This document shows, piece by piece, positions 28,548 to 40,211 of a DNA stretch of 64,000 bases (position 1 is the stretch's first letter; every line of letters starts with the position of its first letter). The stretch lies in NCBI RefSeq assembly GCF_009914755.1, contig NC_060934.1; one strand, written 5' to 3'. The notes under the pieces were generated by a model. It was not told the origin of the DNA. It saw only the letters and a program-made list of their open reading frames with translations, and did not search any database. The DNA comes from the human T2T-CHM13v2.0 reference genome, Homo sapiens. The position numbers and the translations under genes are program-made.

Positions 28548-30719
28548 TTAAACTTAGTTTTTAAAAACTATTCTTCACCAAATCAACCATCAAGTTTTCC
28601 CAATTTTATTAAAAGGGTTTTGATTCCATTTTTCCTTTATTTTAAATTTTCCATTTTTGCAATTTATCTCCCTACTTACCTGTAAGTTCTTTGAAGGCAA
28701 GGACTTTATTTATTTTTTATTCTTCAGCACTTAGAGAGATCCCTTACACTTACACTAGTGTAAACTCAATCCACCATTTGTTGAAAGGTTGCATATATAT
28801 ATATATAGCGAGAGAGAGAGAGAGGACTTCACGCCACTTATTCTGCTATGCAGCGATTTAACATTTACAAATGTATCTATTTCATGGGATCTGAACCATA
28901 CAAGGCCAGCTCTCCTCTGACCCAACCTTGTTTCTACCACCAAGTAGACAGTCCAGCAATGTTTTGAATGATAAAGGAATTTGAAATTTCCTAATCATGG
29001 ATCATTATGTTTATCTTTACTAAAACATGTACGAATTTTGTTCCTATTTACATAGTAATAAGCCCTGAGATGTCATCATCAATAACAACCAAAAAATAAA
29101 ATCTAAAACCAATAATATGCAGAATATGCAGAAATTCCTACAAAAATCTTCCACTGAAACACTTTTGCAAAGTAACATTTTTAATAATTATATTTAGCAA
29201 AATTGAAGGTATATTTTTGTGTGTATGTGTAGAGATATTTGGATGATTAGTCTTCAAGCATTAGCAGTTATTATGTTTTTGGAGGTATAATTTTAGTTTC
29301 CAGCTATTTTTTTGTACATTCCTCCTTTTAAACATTTCTTATAATGAGCACATATTGTTTTTCCAGAGCCAATAATGCTATTAAAATATATATTGTATCC
29401 CTTTAATTAGTAATGTACTTGGCAAACTCCTGAAAGATAATCTCTTCCCTTGCTCATTCTTCTTTGTAATGTAAAAGAGGTAGAGTTGGTTGGCCAATAT
29501 TTTAAGCAGTGCACTTTCATCAAGAGCGTGAACGGACTGCAGCTTAGCAGCTAGCAGGATGTTAAAGGATGCAGTTGGAAATTGAATGTTACATGTGAGT
29601 GGCAGGGAAGATAGGTGTGTCTGTGTTTGTGTTCCAGTGGAGGCATCTGTAATGCATAAAAGAGTGAGAATGAAGGAAAGTAAAAGTGTTGACAAGTGTT
29701 TTTCATTTTCTGAAATTCCAATGATGCTGACACCCTTGTAGAGGCAAATAGCACTTATATTAAAGATAGGAAAAAGAGGAATAGACTAAACTTGTTTAGC
29801 TAAAATAAATTAGTTTATATGATAAGGTGGAGATCTGCCAATATCATGGAATTTATTTTTTTTCCTTCTGTCTCTACACTTTTATAAAAGATGATTTAAT
29901 GCAAAGGACAGACAATATTGTGCTACAGGGGCAGACAAATCTAGAGATGCGCACATACTCACACACACACACACAAATACACAGGCACAGATAAAATAAA
30001 TTTTTTTGAACACAGATTATAATTTCTGGAAAGAAGAAGAAAAACTGTTTTTTTTTAAATTATACCCATTATGTTAAAACTAGTATATATGGAGCAAGCA
30101 TGGGTACTTTGAAATTTGCTGACACTAACAGAAGATAGAAGTTGAGGCTCACTAGATATAATGCACATCAAATTAATAACCTCGGATAGCCATTCAGTTA
30201 GGAAACATGCCCAGGTTCTGAGAGATGGTGGTACTCATGAGTAATGCCTTCTATTTTCTTCCCTTCTTTGGCAATTCCTTTCTATATGGAGATTACTTAA
30301 TTTCCTACTGTTATTAGACTTCCTTTTGGATTGTTTTGGATAACAGTGTGCTTTAAAAATAAAAATAACTTTTGCTCTTCTATGAAAATGCTTAGGTAAT
30401 AGAAATTAGGTAATAATTTCTCTTGACTGGTGGTACAATGGCAATTTAAAAGCATGATATTAAAATGTACCCACTTTTAATGCAGTTGTTTTTGCTGAAC
30501 TTGGTGAAAACCAGGAAGTTGGAAAGCGTTTTCCATTACCTCATATAAGTATTTTCTTTGTGAGAACCTGAAGCAAGAAATACCTACGCTTAGTAACAAA
30601 AACAGTCACAAATTCCCCTCATAGATCAGATTCAGATTATCCTGTGACATTGAGCTGTGTAGGAGATATATCTCTTTTTCTCTGGGCGCTGTGGAGTCTA
30701 TAGCCAAGCATCTAGCTGA

Positions 30720-30923
30720 TCCTTGGGGCTGGTAAATGTTTCACAGCTGGCTATGGGGGAAAAGAAAAGTTCTGGTTTGTAGCATCTGCCAGTTTCTGAG
30801 GCATATATTATCCCACTATGGCTGATTTCAAGTTACCAACATAATATCATTAGATGTGAAGTTAGGAAGACCTGCACAGTTACCTTTTGTGAGCGGCTGA
30901 GAATCACCTCCAGTGTACCACTA
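30720..30923. mobile_element. MER63-like hAT DNA transposon
   Basis: gctggtaaatgttt...gctgatttcaagttaccaac...ctccagtgtaccact. Confidence 0.7.
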
Positions 30924-31116
30924 AGCCCATCTATTGTATTTATGCTTTGATCATATGTACTTTATGCATTTCGCTGGTCCCACATTTATCTCTGCCTTTT
31001 TTTTTGGTTGTTCAAACCATTTTAACACAATTTACCCAGTAGGGTTTATATATATCTAAACCAACTGACATTATTTCTGAAATAAGATAAAATAATAAAA
31101 TACCAGACGACATTAG

Positions 31117-31574
<458 letters not shown>

Positions 31575-32321
31575 TTATTTAGCTCTTTCTTCATAAAATA
31601 ATAAAGTAGTTTATAAACCTACTATGTACATTAGCTTCTTTCTCTCTCCAAAGTCCTATGAGTTAAAAAAAAAAAAAAAAAAAAAAAAAGGGAAGATACT
31701 CCTGTCCTCATTTTATGGATAAAGATATCTCAAAAGGCTGCAGACTTTACCTAACATCGTGGAACTTATAAGTAGCGCATGCTCTGCCCTGCTTTTATGC
31801 CATCAAGATCCCACAGAACAAATGACAATTCTTAAGGCTCTTGTCCTGGAGATGGCAGATAACTGTTTTCCAGTGCAGTTATTTTTCATGGGCGGTAAAA
31901 GCATTTACTGCTGCTAAATTTTAAGCACTGCTAGGATTTGTGATGCTGAAGATAATAATAATGTACCTGGATCTACAGTTCCAATAGACATTGTTGCTTT
32001 TTCATTATAAAATCATAAGATGGAGAAGAATCCTAGAGTTAAGGTCCTATTGCAGGGTGATTTTTCTAGTAAATGACTGCCAATGTAGCTGATAATTGAA
32101 TAGTAAAGATGTGCATCTGATAAATCTAAGGGGCCAGTAAATTCCACATAATTCATTTAAGCTGTGAAACCTGTAGATGTAATGTAGTAAATGAAGGGTA
32201 AGAAAGCATTCAGAAAGAACCTCTTAAGTTAGCTCCATCTTAACAAGAGCCAAATCTTAGTGTTCTCTAAAAGGTCCTGTGAAGAATTGTGTACAGCCGT
32301 GGTCTCCTTATTTTCTTCCAG

Positions 32322-32360
32322 GCTCTTGAGCTTTTAATGGTCTGGAAATCACTCTTGATG
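32322..32360 (+). other. Candidate 39-nt cassette exon (unverified)
   Basis: ccttattttcttccag acceptor and ATG|gtgagc donor in non-repetitive DNA. Confidence 0.25.
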
Positions 32361-35099
32361 GTGAGCTGCAGAAGTGCATTTGCAAGTATGCTTACAGCTC
32401 CAATATTGATTGCTCGGTTCTGTCCAACCACCCCTTGCAATAAACAACCCCGCAAGATCCTGCACTGCTGGGAAGCAGTGATGCATTATTTACCAGCAGC
32501 TGATCAATATAAAACAAGCATCCCCTTTGTTACAGCAGTACTATTGATAGACTGCTTCTCCCTTTTAATTTTTTATTATTTAGCATTGATTTCTGAAACT
32601 CAATTCTGTATCTTACTCTTCTTCCATCAGTAACTGTGAGTTGAGCCCTACCTGACTAGAAATCTAACATCCTTTTTGAATCACAAATTACCCAACTTAA
32701 TTAAGCAACAATTAGTTGAGAGTTTTTTAAAAAATCATTCAACTCTACTCTAATCAAATTTAATGAGTGAAATACATTAAATACAGGATTTGGGGGAACT
32801 TACTGTAGAAAAATCTGAAAGGACAAGATTATTGCAGCTGTATATGTTTTCGGGAGGAGGCTGCCAGATTTTCCCATTTAGCTTGGGAACGTTGGGAAAA
32901 TTCAGGCACATAACTACCATTAACACTAATAGGGACTTGTCCTCTAAATCCTGCTATATCAATGGAAGAATGGGGCTTTTAGTTTTTTTATTTCTTTTGT
33001 CCTTTTTTTTTTCTTTTTAAATCTTAGCTGAGTTGCCTAGAATAAAACATTAAAGGGCAGCTACATTAGGCACTGCTGCACTTGAATGCTAACTCCTCAC
33101 CTGACAAACATAAAATACCATTTTATTACATAAGTAAACAACATGGACAAGAGAGTCAGATATGGTTCTGCACCCAGGGGCATGTGGTCGTGCACAATTT
33201 TGTGAATTGGGCTAAAAATAAGCAGAAATATCCTGGCTGGTCTATTCATTTATGACATTTTTAGTATATTGTTTTTACTTATTATTTTTGGACTCTGATA
33301 AAGCAGTAACAATAAAATAAAGCTAGGTTTCTAGATAATTCATAAAAATGGAAGATTTACATGTCAAAGATATTTCTTTTTGGGTAGTTATGCTTACCGA
33401 TGGCTATATTTGTTATATAATATGTGTTTTTATCACAAAAAATCAAGTTCCTTGTAAAAATATATAAAATGCATGAGTAGAAAGAAAATATTAATTTCCC
33501 CCACTCCTACCTGTCAGATAACGAGTGTCACATTGTTAAAATTCTGGTGTGCACAACCAGCAATTCATTCTGTCTTTTTTTTTCTCCCCATATCTAATCA
33601 ACCCACGTTATTTAGAGTAAAAATTACACAGATCATCATGTTATCATGTCCATTCTTCACATAATTTTGCACAAAGTAACAGAGGCCAGGTCATAAATTA
33701 TTTTAGCAGGTTTATTTTTGTTACCATTATTAGAAAGCCACTTTGGCATGGCATATGAAACTAATATTAAATTGTATCTTTGCACTAAGTTTTAAGATGT
33801 AGTTTATTTGCTAATGGACAGAGGATTGTCAATATTTATTCATCAGAATCGAGAATTTCAAAGCCAATTTATTAAATACAAATAATGAAAACAAACCAGA
33901 AGTGGAAGTGAGGGCTCTGGACAAATTGGAAGCAGGAAGCCAGAAGATCAGAAGCAAAATGGCTTCTTTTAGCAGAACAGTTTAAGCTCCCCACTCAAAA
34001 GAGACTATAAACAGAGAAATCAAAAGCCCTTAGCCAGGGAAGAGTCTGGGTGTTGATGTGTAGTTACACCTGATGGTGTCTCCATCCTGACGTTCATTCA
34101 ACAACAGTAAACATGAAGTGGGCACCAATCAAGTGCCCAGCATCGGAGCTGGCTGCTAGAAAACTCAGCCAAATTTCTTAGCAGACTCTAGAAAGTACAT
34201 AGCATTTGAGCATTTGCCTTTTCAATCTCATGTTGACTCCATTTGGTATACTCACCCTTGTATTTTCTTGTTCATCTCCTTTAAAAATTCAACTATATCC
34301 TCTGTATCTACAGTTATGGGTATATCATCGCAAGCTGTTTTAAATCGTGTCTGGAATGAGGCTAAACGAAGAAAACACATGATCTAGAAACTGAAGGGAA
34401 TGAGGTAGTGAATAAGAAATGGTTTCTGTTCTCAGAGGAATTAAAGTCTCATAGGAGAAAACCTCTCATTGCTATTACATGAGGGGAGGTGAATTGATTC
34501 AATCACGGACTCACAATGCTCTCTGTGTGCCCAGCTTGCCTAGGTCACCCGAAGATATCTAATGGTAATTAGTTGCTAATTAGCTATTTTGGAGGCAGAA
34601 TAAATGATTTGGTCATTTGTCTTTCATTTCTGGAAAGAGCTTACCCTATGTAGCTGTTTACTTAAATAATTCTGACAAAATTTATATTTTTTAATTGAGA
34701 AAACTACCATGAAAATTGGAAATAGAGGCAATTAGAAATGCAGACTGCCTATTTAAAGAATCATCAAATAGGTCATCAGAGTTTAATGCCACGTTTCAAT
34801 TACCTAGAAGTTTAAAAACTTTTAAAAAGAAAAATAAATTAGTTGAGATTTGCCTAAACTCTTAGAGGTGAAACTGTTTATTTTGGACCTAGGTGTGATA
34901 ATGACTTGCGGGAGGTGTGGTTTTGTTTATTACCTTCCCTTAGGCAATGGGAAACTCTTCTAACTGGGCATGCCTAGAGTAAGTTTCACACAGCTCAGTT
35001 CTCCTGTGAGTTGCCATTGCCTTGAGACTTGTTTTTTTCTGCTCCTGGGTCAGAAGTGACTTCTTGATTAAAATTGTTTCTTTTTGTTTGGGTTTTAAA

Positions 35100-35920
35100 A
35101 AATCCTTTAAGATATAACATACCTAAGGTAAAATACATAAATCTTAAGTCTACATCTAAATAAATGTTTAATTCTACATAGCACCTGTATATACCTTTGC
35201 CATCATCACCCAGATCAATACATAAAATACTGCCAAGATCCCAGGCAGCTTCCTTTGTTCCATCAATACTCCCTAATGAAAACTACCATTCTGTTAACCC
35301 CATTGTATAATAGTTTTGCTTGTTGTTAAAAGGCATGTTGGTGGAATCATATAAAATAATAGGTACTTTTTATTTGTTTGTCCAGCCATGTTGTGTGCAC
35401 CTGTTCATTCTTTCGTGTTCCTGTGCAGTAATTCTACATAACAACATACCGCAAGGTTTTTATCCAGTGTGCTGTTGATAGACATTTGGGTTTTCTTGAG
35501 TTTTGAGCTATTTAGAATAAAGTTGGCATAAAGATTCCTCAAATTCCTTTTTGATAACCATGTGTGCTCATTTTGAGGAGGTATTTCTCTGGAAGTAGAC
35601 TTGTTCAGTCTCAGTGTGGGCAGAAGTTCAGCTTTAAAACATGCTGCTAAAATTGTTTAGTCTGGTTGCTCCACATCCTCACCAATACTTGGTATTATCT
35701 GATTTTGTTTTGTTTTAGTTTTACTCATTCTTTTGGGTACTTAGTGGCATTTTGTTTTGGTTCGAGTTCATATTTTTCTAATGACTAATGATGTTGAGAA
35801 CCTATCCATATACTTTTGGCCCTTTGGATGTCTTCTTCTGTGAAGTGCTTGCTTAATCTTCGCCAGTTTTTCCATTTGGTTATCCTCTTTTTCATAATGA
35901 TTTGTATGAATTTAATATCC
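35100..35920 (-). mobile_element. Old L1M (L1ME-type) 3' fragment
   Basis: gttgatagacatttggg, ccacatcctcaccaatacttggt and ctaatgactaatgatgttgag motifs. Confidence 0.75.
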
Positions 35921-37789
35921 AACTGTTACAAAGCTAGAACTTGATGTTTTACCATACATTTTCTCTACTGTCATCACTGCTGCTATATCTGCTACTGTTG
36001 CATTTTTCTCTTACCGTCTGTATTCTTTAGTCCTTAACATCTTTCCTTCCTGCTATATGATGTGCTGGTACTCTCCGGGTCATGTGGCCTTTGTGGCCAC
36101 TCGCTGAACAATAAACTTTCTAGTGTTCCAATGGACTCCAATCCTAGACTTCAGAGCCCAGGGTTAGTAACCTCCTTGCCAAGTTCTACCAGTTCTTCTT
36201 TTGGGTTCCCTATTAGCATTACTAATTTTACTGATGATCACTTATTTTTTAATGTACTTATCTTATTGGTTACATTGGTTCATATCACCATCAACTAAGT
36301 GGCTTTGTTCTGGACCAATGTATCCCTTAGATTTTCCCTGAATTTCACGTCTTAATGTTCTGATTCTCTTCCCTCCACTGGCTGAGCTGTATCATTTTGG
36401 GCAGAGATAAATAACTTCTAGCAGGGGCCCTGTGGAAACGTTAGCCACAGGTAAACAACAGAGCTGCTGATTAAGTTCTTTCTCATCTCTCTTACTTTAC
36501 GTTCCCTCCTTATTATGGGTCATTCATGGATTTTCCAGTACTCATGTTGAAGGCTTCTTACAATGGGAGAAATGAATGATAGGACTTTTAAAACTCCTTT
36601 AGCATCCCCACTTTCCCTCACCTGGGATGACTTACCTAGATATAATACAAATAGAAAGCCATGGCTTCCAACAAGGAGAAATTCCATCTGTGATGCCAGA
36701 CAGAGAACAAAACAATTCCTCTTTATCATAGGAGGCTATAAACATTGATAAGGAGCAGGACAGACATGGGTTAGGTAAATTGACACAAAAGTGCATGCGT
36801 CCACTCATGTAATGAGGGTCTACCATGGGCTGGATATTGTTGGAGGACAAAAGCCTCCATCAGGTATCAGTCCTGACATCAGGCAGGTGATCATCTTAGC
36901 TACCATGAATCCTTGCCTATTGTACTCCAAATCTAATTTTTATCTTGAATATACAAAAAAATACTTCTATTGATGAAGAAGCTGAGGCCTCCATGAAATT
37001 TTAATTTTCCACCATCGGTTAGAAATGGACAAGTGCAGAATGTGATTCAGGTATGACGAGCTTCAGTATGCTGTTTCTTCCATCTCAATAAATGACTTTT
37101 CTGCTGCCAGACTTTTGTTCTTATGTCTCTCATAGCGTGTAAAACATTGTCCTATGGTCACCGTTTAATGTTTGTCTCCTCAATCAGACTGCGAGCATAC
37201 ACTAAGGATATGTTTTATGCTTCCCTTCTTCAGAGTCCAGTTCTTCAAGGAAGTTTGTCAAAAAAAAAAAAGAATAACTAGTTTACAACCCATAGGACTT
37301 GCCTTTGCATACTAGTAATTCTGTAACCCTACAAAGATGGAAGAGTTTATTCTGAATGGGTAGAATCAGAAAAGATAGCCAATGTGCTTTGAGTGCTGTT
37401 TCCGCACTTGGCACTGCACTAAGGTGTATTTGGATAAAATCCTAACGACAAACCGAGTAGTAATTACTGTTCTGCTTCTCATTGCAAAGACATAGAGATG
37501 GAAGAGAACCACATAGGTCTGACTTCAGAAAAAAGCACCAACTCTAACTGCTATGTCTTGTGGCTGCATGGAGAAAGGTTTGAGGGAGGGGTTGAACTAG
37601 AATAGAGTCCTGAAGGGTAATTAGAATCTGGCGGAATTGAGTTTGGGAAGGAGATTCTGACGTGCCTAGAGGCAACGTAGGAAAGCAAGTGTACCAGAAA
37701 CATGGCTCAATTCATCCCAGAAGGACAAAGCTTGGAACAGGTGTGGAATTGCTTGGGCTAACTACCGGGTGGGGCAGGAGAACGCGGGG

Positions 37790-38000
37790 TTCATGCATAT
37801 ACTCTGCAGTCTGACTGCCCAGGTTTGACTCTCAACTCTGCCATGTACAATATATGTGACTCTCTGAAAGTGACGTAGCATCTCTGTGTCTCATTTGTTT
37901 GTCAACCTCATGGGATTTTTATGAGCATTGATATGTACAAGTATAAACCTTGGAATAATCTATAGCATAAGGTTAGAACCACTTAGGTTTGGCCACTTGA
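37790..38000 (+). mobile_element. MIR fragment
   Basis: ctgactgcccaggtttgactctcaactctgcca...tctctgtgtctcatttg. Confidence 0.65.
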
Positions 38001-38818
38001 TACTACTTATTTGTAGTATTAGTATTATTTTTATAATAGCACTCATTCATATTTATAGCTTTTGCATATTCATCAAAAATTTGTCTCAGTTTTACAGTTG
38101 TTCTTTGTTATGCCCCAGTTTACTCCATGGTATAGATTAAATGCATTCTGCATTTTAAAAACTCCTTGAAAGCATCTATTTAATGTTCTCATTTCAGTGT
38201 GAGAAAATTGAGCTCAAACAGGTGAGTGATTTGGCTGCAGCTACTGCAGCCACATAGTGCCGTGTGTCTGTGACTCAGGCCTCAGTGCAGGGTGATGGGA
38301 AGGACAGGAATACATACCATATGGGTAGAAAACCAAAACTCAAGCAGTCACAGATCCTCACTTTTCTTATAAAGATCTTATTTCAAATATCTGTGGAGCA
38401 ATAAGCCTAGCTGTAAGGTCTATGAATGAATGTGGAAACTATTGCCAGCATCTTTAACATTAATTTTAAAAGTAACTCTCTTTACCTCCTCCTTCACTCA
38501 TCATTTATTGCATACAAAGTAGCAGCTTTGATGAGTCTCCTTGTACAGTTGATGTGACATATGAATTTGTCCAGTCAGTTCGAATTTTTGAAATGTTTGG
38601 TATAGAGTTCAAAGTTAATGCCCACAGGTTTCATTTACTTAGCCTCCCTTCACTAAAAAGAATCTTCCTCATGTTCTTGGACTTAACCTCTTAAAGTCTC
38701 TGTACAGCAACTTGTTTAATGAGTGATCTCCTGGTTATGTGTAATGTGCCCTTTCCCCAAGTTTTCATCCTGAAATGATATCCTTTTGTTTTTGTCCGCA
38801 TGTATGTATATTTATGTA

Positions 38819-39454
<636 letters not shown>

Positions 39455-39547
39455 TATAAAAGCTGCATTGAGGTTGAGGTACACATGTATGTCTGTAAGC
39501 ATATACTAGACCCATGTATTCTTTTTTTTCCAAGGAGCTCAGCTTTC

Positions 39548-39757
39548 GTTATTCATGTATCGTTAAGATTGTCTTGTATTTATCAATGGCCATTAGAGTT
39601 TCTGAAGCCTCAGTGTTTTCCTCTTTTTATACGATATACATTTTCTTATATGTTTATACAATGTTATCATATATGTTTTATGTAAATAACATATTTCACA
39701 GGAATGCATATTAGATAACCTAAATTTTTAAAATATCTAGGGTCTGTGTCATGCATG
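39548..39757 (+). repeat. Inverted repeat arm 1 (source copy, unique DNA)
   Basis: Reverse complement aligns without gaps to 40926-41135, with 11 mismatches in 210 bp by manual count. Confidence 0.95.
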
Positions 39758-40211
39758 TTGACTCTTATTTTCTAGATACAGACTGAAGGGTAATTTTGAA
39801 AAACTTCCAGTGTGGTTAAAATATGTTCATTGCTTAGCCTAAACATACAATCCTCAAGTAGTAAGACAGAAAAATAGGAAAAGATAAATGAAACAGAGAA
39901 TGGAAATCACTACAATGAAAAATTTCCACTTAAAGGGGCTCATATTACTTTGTAATTCATTATAAGAGGGTCAACATATAAAATAGTCCTTTAAATACTA
40001 CTTTATATTCTTAGTACATCTTCTGCTAATATTACCAGAGATAAATGTCAGTATACCTCATATCCTGGGAAACGAGGGGCCAGAGAGATCTTACTCAGGT
40101 TGTGAGTTTTACTTAAAGTATAAACCATGTGTCAGTTTAACAGCATTCTGAATATGAAATATAGATAGCCTTAGAAATATGAAATGTATATAATAATTCA
40201 GAAGTAAAGTA

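Noticed and set aside
29381-29695. 104-aa minus-strand ORF with a signal-peptide-like N-terminus
   Set aside because: The hydrophobic start is a translated polypyrimidine tract beginning at a non-ATG codon, and I recognise no homology.
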